From assembly GCA_001769535.1 (NCBI GenBank), contig MEOH01000005.1:67839-131838 (forward strand): a stretch of DNA of 64,000 nucleotides. Direction: 5' to 3'. Positions 50,747 through 61,800 of the stretch are shown here, one piece after another. Within the stretch, counting starts at the first letter, position 1; every line of letters starts with the position of its first letter. Made by a program: the position numbers and the translations under genes. Under the pieces are notes generated by a model, which made no database searches, was not told where the DNA came from, and worked only from the letters and a program-made list of their open reading frames with translations. The stretch comes from Bacteroidetes bacterium GWF2_38_335. GTDB lineage: Bacteria; Bacteroidota; Bacteroidia; Bacteroidales; GWF2-38-335.

Positions 50747-51764
50747 ATCCTATAAATATTACCTCAGGTTCAAGAAGAACACCAAAAAGATCATATACAG
50801 ATTTTCTGATGTCTTCGGCAAGCAGTTCTATTTCCTTTCCATTGGCTTTGCCGGGGTTAATAAGTACAAGTGCTTGTTTGTCATGAACACCCGCGTTTCC
50901 TTTGCTTTTTCCTTTCCATCCAGCCTGATCAATAAGCCAACCCGCCGCAACTTTTGAAAAACCCTCGCCGGCAGGATATACAGGAATTCCCGCATACTTT
51001 TGACTGATCTTTTCAAGTAAGGCAACCGGAATAACCGGATTTTTGAAAAAACTGCCTGCATTACCTGAAATTTTTGGGTCAGGTAGTTTGCTTTCCCTGA
51101 TTTTTATAACCGCATTTCGAATTGATTTTATACTGATATCACCCGTTTCGTCAAGGATTTTTTTCAGATCACCATAGGAAGTAATGAATGAATGATCCTT
51201 GTTGGTAAGTTTGTAAGTGAGGCTTGTTACAAGATATTTGTCTTTTAACTCATGTTTGAAAATACTGTCACGATATCCGAAATTACAGTCTTTGGAATTG
51301 ATAGAAAAAGTTTCAGCAGTTTCGAGGTTGTAAATTTCAACTGAGCTTATGATGTCTGATGCTTCCACACCAAATGCGCCTATATTTTGAACCGTTGAAG
51401 CTCCGGTGTGCCCCGGAATAAGAGAAAGATTTTCAGCCCCACCCAGTTCATTTTCGGAACAATATTCCACAAAACCATCCCATTCCATACCCGATCCGGT
51501 TTTTAACCAGGTGAATTTTCCTTTTGTTTCTGTTTCCTTGATGGTATCATTTAATGGTTGAATAACTAATCCGTCAAAGTCATTTAAAAACAGAATGTTA
51601 CTGCCGCCTCCAAGAATTAATCTTTTCTGTGTTGAATATTTATTATCCTTTAGAAGATCGGTTAATTCAGAAATATGATGAAACCTGAAAAGATATCTGG
51701 CTTTCACATCCAAACCGAATGTGTTCAGATTTTTAAGGGATGCGTTTTCAATAAGTTCAGCCAT
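50745..51764 (-). CDS. murB: UDP-N-acetylenolpyruvoylglucosamine reductase
   Basis: NTFGL, LGGGSNIL, ENLSLIPG, QNIGAFG, FGYRDSIFK, GNAGSFFKNP, KQALVLIN, LEPEV. Confidence 0.95.
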   Translation of the reverse strand: MAELIENASLKNLNTFGLDVKARYLFRFHHISELTDLLKDNKYSTQKRLILGGGSNILFLNDFDGLVIQPLNDTIKETETKGKFTWLKTGSGMEWDGFVEYCSENELGGAENLSLIPGHTGASTVQNIGAFGVEASDIISSVEIYNLETAETFSINSKDCNFGYRDSIFKHELKDKYLVTSLTYKLTNKDHSFITSYGDLKKILDETGDISIKSIRNAVIKIRESKLPDPKISGNAGSFFKNPVIPVALLEKISQKYAGIPVYPAGEGFSKVAAGWLIDQAGWKGKSKGNAGVHDKQALVLINPGKANGKEIELLAEDIRKSVYDLFGVLLEPEVIFIG

Positions 51765-51768
51765 GGAT

Positions 51769-52506
51769 TCAGAATGAATGAACGGTTTTGCAGAAATCTA
51801 TTATTAAATTGGGATTTTCCTCAAAAGCAGTACCAACCACAACCATATCGGCACCTGATGAAAGTACGGCTTTGATCTGTTCTGTATTTTTAATTCCACC
51901 TCCAACAACCAAGGGGACCGAAATATTCTTTTTTACTTCGGAAATCATTTTATCGCTCACCGGATTGGTTGCACCGCTGCCCGCTTCAAGATAAATCATT
52001 TTTAGTCCGAGCAATTCCCCGGCCAGCGCTGTAGCTGCAGCGATATCACATTTTCCTGAAGGAATAGGACTGGTGTTGCTCATATATTCAACAGAAGTTT
52101 TTTTGCCGTTTTCAACCAGGATGTAACCTGTAGGAATAATTTCAATACCTGACTTTTTCAGGAAAGGTGCAGCCACCACATGGTTGCCAATCAGAAACTC
52201 GGGATTTCGTCCCGAAATCATCGAAAGAAGGAGCAGGGCATCGGCCTTGTCAGACAGTTGAAGCAGGTTTCCCGGAAATAGTACTACAGGAGTGGAAGAA
52301 ATACTTTTTATGGTATTGATAACCGGGTCAATGGAGAAACTGGTGAGACTTCCCCCGACAAAAAAGAAATCGATTCCTGCCTTATCGGATAATTGAATGG
52401 TTTTTTCCAGAGATTTTAAACTTGTTTTTCCCGGATCAATAAGCTGGGCGATTTTTTTCTTCCTGCCCTGCATAACCTGTTTAAATATTTCCTGTTTTTT
52501 TTTCAT
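51769..52506 (-). CDS. Geranylgeranylglyceryl/heptaprenylglyceryl phosphate synthase (PcrB/GGGPS family)
   Basis: LIDPGK, FFVGGS, LFPG, SGRNPEFLIG, YLEAGSGA, VGGGIK, ADMVVVGT. Confidence 0.9.
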   Translation of the reverse strand: MKKKQEIFKQVMQGRKKKIAQLIDPGKTSLKSLEKTIQLSDKAGIDFFFVGGSLTSFSIDPVINTIKSISSTPVVLFPGNLLQLSDKADALLLLSMISGRNPEFLIGNHVVAAPFLKKSGIEIIPTGYILVENGKKTSVEYMSNTSPIPSGKCDIAAATALAGELLGLKMIYLEAGSGATNPVSDKMISEVKKNISVPLVVGGGIKNTEQIKAVLSSGADMVVVGTAFEENPNLIIDFCKTVHSF

Positions 52507-52507
52507 T

Positions 52508-53140
52508 TCATTTTATTATCCAAACAACCATATAGTCGTAAATTATGCAATAGCTCAACTCGTATTCTTCAGATCGTCGTGAGGTAAGAACCCTTCCCGT
52601 AAAGGAACCCGACTCATCATAAACAAAGGGGTCGATTTTTATATTTCCCTCGAAAGCAATCTCCTTTTCCCCGAAAATTTTATATAGCGCTTCTTTGGCA
52701 CACCAATAGGTGTAAAGTTGGTTGATACGGTTTTTTTCATCTACAGCCAAACGTTCTTCACTGCTCAGAAAACGGGCTTCGATTTTCTCAACTTTCCCGG
52801 TAATTTTTTCAATATCCAGCCCAACAAGATGATTTTTGCTTAAGATAATACTGACAAGATCATCAGAATGGCTGATACTAATATTGTTGCTGGCATCAAG
52901 CAAATAAGGTTTTCCGTTGTTGTTGTAAATTATTTTTTTTTCAGAATCGGAAATTTCAGCAAGCAAAGCCCGTGTACACAACCACTGAAGCCTTCTTCTT
53001 TCATTGCTGAAATTTTTCATTGCTTCAGTTTCTTCATCACTAAGTTTGATACGGGACATCACTTCATCGAGGTTTTCGGTTATTTCCCAGAAACCTATCA
53101 CACAATCCTCGGTTATTTTCTTTTTATAAATCAGTCCCAT
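52508..53140 (-). CDS. 4'-phosphopantetheinyl transferase (Sfp-like)
   Basis: GKPYL, ISISHS, VGLDIE, WCAKEALYK. Confidence 0.9.
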   Translation of the reverse strand: MGLIYKKKITEDCVIGFWEITENLDEVMSRIKLSDEETEAMKNFSNERRRLQWLCTRALLAEISDSEKKIIYNNNGKPYLLDASNNISISHSDDLVSIILSKNHLVGLDIEKITGKVEKIEARFLSSEERLAVDEKNRINQLYTYWCAKEALYKIFGEKEIAFEGNIKIDPFVYDESGSFTGRVLTSRRSEEYELSYCIIYDYMVVWIIK

Positions 53141-53145
53141 TTATA

Positions 53146-53733
53146 TTATTTTTTCCATTGAAAAGTTTCAATCAGGTGGATAATATCCTTCTGAATGAAC
53201 TGTAAAACTGGTGCGATAGAATCTTTATTCGGTTTTTCGTTAAAGTAAAGTGCCCCCCTGAAAAAATGGGTAGTGCTGTCGGTAAGGATAAATTGTATTG
53301 CCGATGCAGCATTTCCTTTCAGTTCGTATAACACTCCGTAAACTTTTTTGGAGGTATCTGTAAAATAACTGTCTTTGATGGCTTCAGCTTTAATATTGTG
53401 CTTCTGTAACAGCGTCCAGCTTTCATCAAGATACTTGCTTAAGTTTGTGTCATTGACCATTTTGTAACTGACATTGATATCGGCATTAAATGCGGGAAAA
53501 AAGATATTGATCCAATAAGGTTCGCTGTATGATCCGGTATCTTTAACCACAATAGCATATTCAGGGTATTCGAAGGTGTAAGGGCAATCAGATTCGTACA
53601 AAACATATTTTTTTTCGGGAAGGTCAATCCTGAAATACCCCCTTGGTTTAGGAACAGATGCTTTTTTACAGGAGGCCATAGGCAGCAATAAAACAAGAAA
53701 AAGCAGGAAATATAAAAGATTATTTTTTTTCAT
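53146..53733 (-). CDS. gldD: Gliding motility lipoprotein GldD
   Basis: Lipobox MASC; PKPRGYFRIDLP; GNAASAIQF; TDSTTHFFRGALYF; downstream of gldE. Confidence 0.9.
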   Translation of the reverse strand: MKKNNLLYFLLFLVLLLPMASCKKASVPKPRGYFRIDLPEKKYVLYESDCPYTFEYPEYAIVVKDTGSYSEPYWINIFFPAFNADINVSYKMVNDTNLSKYLDESWTLLQKHNIKAEAIKDSYFTDTSKKVYGVLYELKGNAASAIQFILTDSTTHFFRGALYFNEKPNKDSIAPVLQFIQKDIIHLIETFQWKK

Positions 53734-55066
53734 TTTTCTGATCCTGTTTTATTTTCACATATACCTGCTTTATTCTTCTTATATCGGCAGCTTTTACGGT
53801 AAATTCAAACTGCTTGTATATAATAACATCGTTTTTTTGCGGAATATTGCCTTTGATTTCCAGAATTAATCCGGCAAGGGTGTCTGCATCACCTCTAACT
53901 TTGTCAAAGAAGTCATTTTCAACATGAACCACTTTATTGAAATCATTAAGTGATATTTTTGCTTCGAAAAGATACTCGTTTTCTTGGATAAATGTATAAC
54001 CGGTATCAGCAACGTCAAATTCATCATTTATTTCACCAACAATTTCTTCCAGAATATCTTCCAGAGTGATAATACCAGATGTTCCCCCATATTCATCAAT
54101 AACGATGGCCAGGTGTATTTTTTTTGTCTGGAATTCTTCAAGCAGATCGTCAATTTTCTTACTTTCCGGAACAAAATAAGGCGGTCTGATCAGTTTTCCC
54201 CAGTCAAAATTATCCTCTTTATCCAGATGAGAAAGCAAGTCTTTAATATACAGAACGCCTTTTACATGGTCGAATGATTTTTCGTAGACCGGAATTCTGG
54301 AGAAACCACTTTCAACAATTATAGAAATAAGTTTTTTATAACCGGTATTAATGTCAACGGCAATAGTGTCAATTCTTGATTTCATGATTTCTTTGACATC
54401 TATACGCCCGAATTTCACAATGCCTTTAAGCATTTTTTCATCGTCCTTTAACTCTTTTGATTGCGAAGTGATGTCAAGGGCTTGTGATAGCTCATCAATT
54501 GAAATTTGCGATTTTTTTGTGATCCTTTTGTTAACCAGTGAAGTCGAGCGGATCAGGAAAAAACTCAGGGGTGAAAATAGTTTATTCAGAAAATTAACCG
54601 GATAAGCCATTATTCCCGTGAAAATCTCAGGGTATCTTGTTGCATATACTTTCGGAATAATTTCTCCGAAGAGCAGGATCAGAAAAGTAACAACAATTAC
54701 CTGAAAAATAAAGCCCATAAGCTGTTCATCCGAAAAATCAACCAATGAAGAAGTGATGTAAGAAGAAAGAATAACAATACCCACATTTACAGTATTGTTG
54801 GCAATCAAAATAGTTGCAAGAAGCTTTTCAGGATTATTTATAAGCTTGATTACCAGTTTACTTTTTGGAGTGTTGTTGTCAATCAGTTTCTGTTTGCGCT
54901 GTGGTGTCATTGAAAAAAAAGCCACTTCTGAACCTGAAATCATTGCAGAAAAAAAGAGGAGCACAATAAGCACCAATAACATCAAAGCAATATCCACTGT
55001 GAAAGGATGGTATAGGATATCTGCAAATACAGGTTTAATATTTGTCATCAGTTGTTCCAAAATCAA
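53720..55066 (-). CDS. gldE: Gliding motility-associated CNNM/CBS/CorC protein GldE
   Basis: SGSEVAFFS, LLFGEIIPK, FSRIPVYE, DEYGGTSGIITLEDILEEIVGEI; adjacent to gldD. Confidence 0.88.
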   Translation of the reverse strand: MILEQLMTNIKPVFADILYHPFTVDIALMLLVLIVLLFFSAMISGSEVAFFSMTPQRKQKLIDNNTPKSKLVIKLINNPEKLLATILIANNTVNVGIVILSSYITSSLVDFSDEQLMGFIFQVIVVTFLILLFGEIIPKVYATRYPEIFTGIMAYPVNFLNKLFSPLSFFLIRSTSLVNKRITKKSQISIDELSQALDITSQSKELKDDEKMLKGIVKFGRIDVKEIMKSRIDTIAVDINTGYKKLISIIVESGFSRIPVYEKSFDHVKGVLYIKDLLSHLDKEDNFDWGKLIRPPYFVPESKKIDDLLEEFQTKKIHLAIVIDEYGGTSGIITLEDILEEIVGEINDEFDVADTGYTFIQENEYLFEAKISLNDFNKVVHVENDFFDKVRGDADTLAGLILEIKGNIPQKNDVIIYKQFEFTVKAADIRRIKQVYVKIKQDQKNEKK

Positions 55067-55079
55067 AACAGTTTATTAA

Positions 55080-55529
55080 CTAAAATGGCAGGTCATCAGC
55101 CAGTTCAAGTGGTTCATCTATTGAAGGAGTGGCTGTGTCAGGTTTCGACTGTTGGGTTGCTGCCGGAGCAGAGGCTGCCTGATGTTCAGAGCCATCCCTT
55201 TCTTTTTTGCCTAAAAGTTTCATTTCTTCACCAACGATTTCGGTTATGTATTTTTTTGATCCGTCGTTTGCATCGTATGTACGGTAAGTGATTTTACCTT
55301 CAATATAAAGTTGGGATCCTTTTTTTACATATTTTTCGGCAACCTCGGCAAGCCCTCTCCAAAGCACAATATTATGCCACTCGGTGTTGGTCACCTTTTC
55401 ACCGTTTTTATTTTTGTAGGTTTCACTGGTTGCCAGAGTGAAATTTGCAACACAAAGATTGTTTTCAAGATGCCTTACTTCAGGGTCTTTCCCTGCATTT
55501 CCAATCAAAATTACTTTATTTACAGCCAT
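55080..55529 (-). CDS. ssb: Single-stranded DNA-binding protein
   Basis: VNKVILIGN, TEWHNIV, C-terminal DDLPF. Confidence 0.96.
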   Translation of the reverse strand: MAVNKVILIGNAGKDPEVRHLENNLCVANFTLATSETYKNKNGEKVTNTEWHNIVLWRGLAEVAEKYVKKGSQLYIEGKITYRTYDANDGSKKYITEIVGEEMKLLGKKERDGSEHQAASAPAATQQSKPDTATPSIDEPLELADDLPF

Positions 55530-55598
55530 TTTCTAAAAATTTAGGAAATAAAAGTACGAACTATCTCCATAAAATAAAAACAATACAGACTTGTTTTA

Positions 55599-56633
55599 TC
55601 AACAGTGATTTAGTATGAATTCCTCAACAGGCCGTGGAACTGGCAGTATTTTAAGTTTTTCGTGCATAATTTTATTGAAGCTATCATTACAGAAAATTTT
55701 TGGATTGGCTGTACATTTCAGAAACCGACAAACAATAAGCTGATGGGTAAGTTTATGCTTCATTTCAACATATTTTCCCTGATATTCTATACCCTTAAAG
55801 GGATTTAAACTGCTGGTTATTATTGTGTCGGGATTTGCATCATAGTCTGTTTCAATCAGCGGAAAATCATACAGGTTTTTCCAGATGTCGTTTCCAGTTC
55901 GTTTTTTTACATAAATACTTCCCGATTCATTGATTACCAGATAATAGAAGTACCTTATGCGGATTTGCTTTTTTACTGTTTTAACAGGTAATTCGTTTAC
56001 ACAGTTGTTCTTGATCGCATAACATTCTGTCTTAAATATACAATGACTGCAATCGGGATTTGAAGGTTTGCAGTACAATGCACCAAACTCCATAACCGCC
56101 TGATTGTAAGTTCCGGGGTCAGTATTACCCATCAGTTTCTCTGAAAGTTCTTTAAACTGCTTTTTACTGGTACTGGTTCCTATAACAGTTTTAATCCCGT
56201 AAATTCTTGAAAGAACACGGAAAACATTGCCGTCTACTGCAGCAACCGGCTGCCCGAAAGCAATTGAAGCAATAGCTGCAGCAGTATAATCGCCTATTCC
56301 TTTTAGTTTTTTTATTTCGGTAAAGGTTGAAGGAAAAATTCCCTGCGCATTATTATATATATGTATGGCAGTAAAATGAAGATTTCTTGCTCTGGAATAA
56401 TATCCCAGTCCCTGCCACATTTTCAGCACAGCTTCCTCATCAGACAGTGCAAGGGTTTTAATATCAGGAAAAGTTTTTACAAAACGGTTGTAATACTCCA
56501 AACCCTGATCAATGCGTGTTTGCTGAAAAATGATTTCCGATATCCATATTTTGTAAGGATCTTTGGTATCCCTCCATGGTAACTGGCGTTGGTTTTTCTT
56601 ATACCATTTTGAAATTTCCTTACTAAATACCAT
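55599..56633 (-). CDS. mutY: A/G-specific adenine glycosylase MutY
   Basis: LPWR, QQTR, WQGLGYYSRARNL, HhH LKGIGDYTA, VDGNVFRV, 4Fe-4S CKPSNPDCSHCIFKTEC. Confidence 0.95.
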   Translation of the reverse strand: MVFSKEISKWYKKNQRQLPWRDTKDPYKIWISEIIFQQTRIDQGLEYYNRFVKTFPDIKTLALSDEEAVLKMWQGLGYYSRARNLHFTAIHIYNNAQGIFPSTFTEIKKLKGIGDYTAAAIASIAFGQPVAAVDGNVFRVLSRIYGIKTVIGTSTSKKQFKELSEKLMGNTDPGTYNQAVMEFGALYCKPSNPDCSHCIFKTECYAIKNNCVNELPVKTVKKQIRIRYFYYLVINESGSIYVKKRTGNDIWKNLYDFPLIETDYDANPDTIITSSLNPFKGIEYQGKYVEMKHKLTHQLIVCRFLKCTANPKIFCNDSFNKIMHEKLKILPVPRPVEEFILNHC

Positions 56634-56714
56634 TGTTTTAAAGATATGGGCAAAAAATTTGATAAAAAAAACAAAAATAGTTGTTAAGATTTTTATTTAT
56701 ATACAGAAATAATA

Positions 56715-56722
56715 TATATTTG
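56715..56722 (+). promoter_or_regulatory. Bacteroidota primary-sigma -7 element
   Basis: TATATTTG(CA) upstream of the HU gene. Confidence 0.55.
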
Positions 56723-56775
56723 CAGTCCGATTAAAAAAAATAATGTAATTAATTGATAATAAAATATATTTAGAC

Positions 56776-57069
56776 ATGACAAAAGCTGATATCGTAAACG
56801 AAATTTCAAAAAGTACTGGAATTGAGAAAGTTACAGTTCAGAAAACTGTTGAAACTTTCATGGATACCGTAAAAGGTTCATTAGTAAAAGGTAACAATGT
56901 TTACTTAAGAGGATTTGGTAGTTTTATAGTAAAGAAAAGAGCTAAGAAAACCGCTCGTAATATTTCAAAGAATACTACAATTATTATTCCTGAACATTTT
57001 ATTCCTTCTTTCAAACCTGCTAAAACTTTTGTTGTAAAAGTTAAAGGCAACGTAAAGAAAAGTAAATAA
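56776..57069 (+). CDS. HU/IHF-family DNA-binding protein
   Basis: MTKADIV, VYLRGFGSF, ARNI, PSFKP. Confidence 0.93.
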   Translation: MTKADIVNEISKSTGIEKVTVQKTVETFMDTVKGSLVKGNNVYLRGFGSFIVKKRAKKTARNISKNTTIIIPEHFIPSFKPAKTFVVKVKGNVKKSK

Positions 57070-57085
57070 TTAAAAAACTTGTATC

Positions 57086-57181
57086 ATGCCAAGCGGAAAA
57101 AAGAGAAAAAGGCATAAAATGTCTACTCACAAGCGCAAAAAAAGACTGCGCAAAAACAGACATAAGAAGAAGAACAGATAA
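57086..57181 (+). CDS. Small basic ribosomal protein, bS22 / AURKAIP1-COX24 (mS38-like) family, 31 aa
   Basis: Hand translation MPSGKKRKRHKMSTHKRKKRLRKNRHKKKNR*; too short for the ORF track. Confidence 0.85.
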   Translation: MPSGKKRKRHKMSTHKRKKRLRKNRHKKKNR

Positions 57182-57199
57182 CACATTATTTTTTATATG

Positions 57200-57239
57200 T
57201 GTAATAAACCTTTAGATTTGTTTCTAGAGGTTTATTACA
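57200..57239 (+). terminator. Long hairpin between the bS22-like gene and the Rne/Rng gene
   Basis: TGTAATAAACCTTTAGA...TCTAGAGGTTTATTACA, 17-bp stem with one G:U pair. Confidence 0.55.
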
Positions 57240-57279
57240 TTTGTTATTACCCCATTCTTTTTAGTTTAAAACTCAGTAA

Positions 57280-58830
57280 GTGAGCAAGGAATTAGTCATT
57301 GATGTTTCTGCCACGGAGATAAATATTGCTTTACTCGAGAATAAAAGACTCATAGAGTTAAATACCGATAAAAGCAGTACTCAGTTCTCTGTTGGTGATA
57401 TATATTTAGGTAAGGTCAAAAAAGTGATGGCCGGACTCAATGCTGCATTTGTTGATGTTGGTTATGAGAAGGATGCATTTTTGCATTATCTTGATCTTGG
57501 TCCACAGTTTCAGTCTCTGAACAAATTTATCCATCTAAATCTTTCGGGAAAACAAAAACCGGTAATGTCAAAATTCAGGATTGAACCTGACATTGACAAA
57601 AACGGTAAAATTTCTGATGTTCTTTCGGTTGGACAATATATTATGGTCCAGATCGCTAAAGAACCCATTTCGACCAAGGGCCCCCGTCTCAGCTCCGAAA
57701 TTTCCATTCCCGGCAGAAACATTGTTTTGATGCCTTTTTCAGATAAAGTTACTGTTTCTCAGAAGATTAAATCTGATGAGGAGAAAAAACGACTGAAAAA
57801 GCTTATTGAGAGTATTAAGCCAAAGAACTTCGGGGTTATTGTCCGCACTGTTGCCGAATCAAAAAAAGTAGCCGATCTCGATACCGAACTCAGGTATCTG
57901 GTCAGCAAATGGGATGAGGCTTTTAATAAGCTTAAGGATATTAAGCCACCAAAACTTTTAATTGGTGAGATCAACCGTACTTCTGCAATTCTCCGCGACA
58001 TGATGAATGCTGATTTCAACAGCATATTTGTCAACCATGACATCATCTACCGTGAAATAAAGGATTACATCAAAACGATTGCTCCCGAAAAGGAGAAAAT
58101 CGTTAAGTTGTATTCGGGTAAGGTTCCTATTTTTGAACAGTATGGCATTCAGAAGCAAATCAAACAATTGTTCGGAAAAACTGTTCCGGTTAAAGCCGGA
58201 GCTTATCTGATTATCGAACATACCGAGGCGCTTCATGTTGTTGATGTTAATTCAGGTAACCGCACCAAGTCCGATAAAGATCAGGAAGCAAATGCCATTG
58301 AGGTAAATGTGGCTGCAGCCGAGGAAATTGCCCGTCAGCTTACTCTTCGCGATATGGGCGGTATCATTGTGGTTGACTTTATTGATATGGTAACCAATGA
58401 AAATAAACAACTTCTTTATGAAAAAATGAAGGAGTTTATGGCTCTCGACCGCGCAAAACATCATTTATTGCCATTAAGCAAATTTGGTTTGATGCAGATT
58501 ACACGCCAGCGTGTTCGTCCCGAAATGAATATTAAGAATACAGAAAAATGTCCTGTGTGTATGGGATCAGGTGAAATTATTCCAAGCGTATTGCTTGTTG
58601 ATCAAATAGAGAATGAACTGGGTTATTATTTGAGCAAAAACCCGGTAAAAAAAGTTGTTTTAAAGGTACATCCGTATCTTGAAGCTTATCTTAACAGAGG
58701 GTTTTTTAACTCAATCCGCAAACAATGGCAGAAAAAACATAAGTGTAAAATTAAAATAGTTGCCAGCTCATCACTTGCATTTTTACAGCATCAGATTGTT
58801 AATGTGAATGAGGAAGTGGTTACAGTATAA
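57280..58830 (+). CDS. Rne/Rng family ribonuclease
   Basis: GDIYLGKV, AAFVDVG, KEPISTKGPRL, DVNSG, LRDMGGIIVVDFIDM, CPVCMG; GTG start. Confidence 0.94.
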   Translation: MSKELVIDVSATEINIALLENKRLIELNTDKSSTQFSVGDIYLGKVKKVMAGLNAAFVDVGYEKDAFLHYLDLGPQFQSLNKFIHLNLSGKQKPVMSKFRIEPDIDKNGKISDVLSVGQYIMVQIAKEPISTKGPRLSSEISIPGRNIVLMPFSDKVTVSQKIKSDEEKKRLKKLIESIKPKNFGVIVRTVAESKKVADLDTELRYLVSKWDEAFNKLKDIKPPKLLIGEINRTSAILRDMMNADFNSIFVNHDIIYREIKDYIKTIAPEKEKIVKLYSGKVPIFEQYGIQKQIKQLFGKTVPVKAGAYLIIEHTEALHVVDVNSGNRTKSDKDQEANAIEVNVAAAEEIARQLTLRDMGGIIVVDFIDMVTNENKQLLYEKMKEFMALDRAKHHLLPLSKFGLMQITRQRVRPEMNIKNTEKCPVCMGSGEIIPSVLLVDQIENELGYYLSKNPVKKVVLKVHPYLEAYLNRGFFNSIRKQWQKKHKCKIKIVASSSLAFLQHQIVNVNEEVVTV

Positions 58831-58864
58831 AAGAAAAACCCGGTTGAAACCGGGTTTTCTTTTT
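58831..58864. terminator. Bidirectional intrinsic terminator
   Basis: AAGAAAAACCCGGTT-GA-AACCGGGTTTTCTTTTT between convergent genes. Confidence 0.85.
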
Positions 58865-58865
58865 A

Positions 58866-61800
58866 TTACATTTTAATCAGCTTTTCTCTGAACATTTCTG
58901 TTTGTGATTTGAAAATAACAAGGTACATTCCTTTTGACAGATGCTCAATATTGATAACCTCTCTGTAAACTCCAGGTTGACAACTTAATTCTGTTGAGAA
59001 AACAAGCCTGAGTTTGTCATCATAAATGGAAACTAACGGATTATCGTTTTCAATGCATGAGTAAATTAACTCTACCTCATTGGTTGCAGGGTTTGGTTGC
59101 ATACTAAATAATCCCGATTCACCAATTACTACAGATTCAACTTTTGAATAAGCAAAATCTCCGTTAAAGTCAGTTTGTTTTAATCTGTAATAATAAATCC
59201 CGGGTTTTACATCCAAATCTTTGAAAGTGTAATTTAATATGGTGCTGCTGTTACCTCCCGGAGCAATGGACCTTACAGTTCCGATGTCAGAGAAATCTTC
59301 TGAATCCAAAGATCTTTCAATGGTAAAATAGTCATTATTGATTTCTGAAAGGGTACTCCAGCTTAAATCAACTGATTTTCCGTTATAAGCGGCTTTGAAT
59401 GACAGAAGCTCAACAGGAAGAGGGAAAGGCGCAATTCCAATGGCATACTGTGAAAAGGTTGTCCATCCGGTACGCTGTGCATATCCTCCGGCTACCGTTC
59501 TGCCCGGTGTTCCTGCTGCATTTACTGTACCTCCCAGGGCTGTCCAGTCTGCATCTGAAGTTGAAGCAGACGGCCTTTTGAGTGGTCCGAACATATCATC
59601 AGTCAGGGTTGTAAAGGGGTTTGTTCCTCCACCATCATTGAACCATAGCTTAATGGAATAGCTTCCTCCGGTTGGGGCAGCATTTGGATCAAGCTGCCAG
59701 ATACCTTCGGATGCAATGCTTAAATAAGGAGTGGTATTGTCAACCGCAGTTGCCGGATTTAATGTTCCAGACATGGTATAGGGAGATATAAATTTTGCAT
59801 CTATATACGAAACTCCATTTAGTCCCGTATTTATTAGTTCAGCTAAAGTGTAACGATCTGAAACACCTACAGGGAATACATAAGTATTTGATCCCGAAAG
59901 TATATATCTTCTAAGATTTCCTGAAACATAACAGTCTGTATTGTGGCCGCTAATAGCTGCTGTACTGGTGTTTTTTACGATTATTCTGTTTGTGCCTGTA
60001 ACAATGGTCCCGCTCATGAAATTTAAACTTCCCGAAGTACCCATTTCCATGTTGCCTCCGGTAATTGTTAATGATGGGGAAGCAGAGGTGTTGTTTATTG
60101 TTACGTTGTTAAAGTCTCCGGTACCTCCAGATCTGGTATAAGTTTGTGATATCAGTGAACTGCCGAATTCTACTCCGCCCAGATCGTTTGTGGTTATTAT
60201 ACCTGAATGGGTCATGTTTCCGCAAATCAACAGATTGGATTTGGAGTCAGAAAATGACAGCACTGCTCCGGATTGCAGGTTTAAGTTCTTGGATTCGGCC
60301 TCTTTTGTGGCATCAAATCCGATATCCGGGTCAATAGCCAGATTGGGTATGCTTACATTGGTTTCACAGGTGGGCAAACAGTTGGATGTCCAGTTTTCGG
60401 GTTTATACCAGTTGTTTGTACCGGCTGTTACGCCAAGCCAGACGATGGGGTCGGGCGGAGTCATGTATGTAACAGTAACAGTGGCGCAGGTGCTTGCTGC
60501 ACAACCCGATGGAATTGCTGAAACATAGTAGTTTGTTGTGGCAGAGACAAGTGTTGTATATGTCGATGAGGCACCGCTTTGAACGATTGTTCCACCGCAT
60601 GAGCCCGTGTACCAGTTAAAGGTATATCCTGCACCGGGTGCATTAATAAACAAAGTTACATCATTTGTCCCGCAGGTTGTTTGATTGTCAATTAAAGGTG
60701 CCGGCTCATCCTGTCCGTTTACAATTACCTCGGTACGGTCGCTGGAACAACCAAAGCTGTTGGTTGACTGCACAAAGTAAGAGTTTGCACCTGAAGGCAG
60801 GTTGCTGATGTTGTAAGATGTTCCGGATGCCAGTAAAGTTCCTCCTGTTAAAGCATCATACCATTCATATGAATAGGAGGGGTCGGGTGCGTCGACAGAT
60901 AAAGTAATGGAACCGCCGGTGCAAAGAGTGAACGGACTGCCAGAAACAGTGGGTTGTACCGGACCAGGGTAAATAGTAATGTATCTTCTAACGGTTCTTA
61001 GTGGTCCGCAACATTCAGTTTCAATATCCAGACTTACAACAAACACCTGATTAACTCCAGTGGGGTTAACAAAGGTAATATCTGTTGATGAGGCATAAGG
61101 ATCAGAAACGGTAACGGTGCAACCGCCCGGAGCAATGGCCTGCCAGTAGTATGTAAAGCCCGGACTGCCTGCTTGGGAGCTTGTGTATGTATAAGTAGTT
61201 GGACAACCTGCACCGGTTGGTGCTCCAAGAATTGATCCGGGATCGGGGGAGTCCATGGTTATGTTGACAAAATCTTTGAATATTTTTACGCTTTCCAGGA
61301 TGTCTTTTCGACTTATGGAAGTGTATTGAGCAATTATCGGACTGGCAGTGCCGGATGTTGGAACCGAACCGTTCCCAAACAACCAGTCTGGTGATCCATC
61401 AGTTGTAGTAAATGAAAGATCAATATTTGTACATGAAATGTTGCTTGCTGTAATTACCTGATAGGAACTAATGCCTACATTAGCCCAGTTAGCATTGGCA
61501 GGATCAGCTACCTGATATCCAACACCACCGGGAGGACCGCCTACAGCAAAAATTTCGCAATCTTCAATATTTCCGTTGATGCCGTCTGAAGCATAAATAC
61601 CATAAGTGTTTGTTCCTGAAGAAATAACTCTTTCATCTGCACCGATACATGGACCATTTGGAGATACTCCGATTGACCTAACCTGATTGTCAAAGTCAAT
61701 TAGGACTCCTGTGCCGGCAATTCCCCTGCCAATGGCTGAGCTTCCCGCCTGAATATGAAGATCAACAGCAGTGGCATCCCCGGTAGGATTTACAAAAGAA

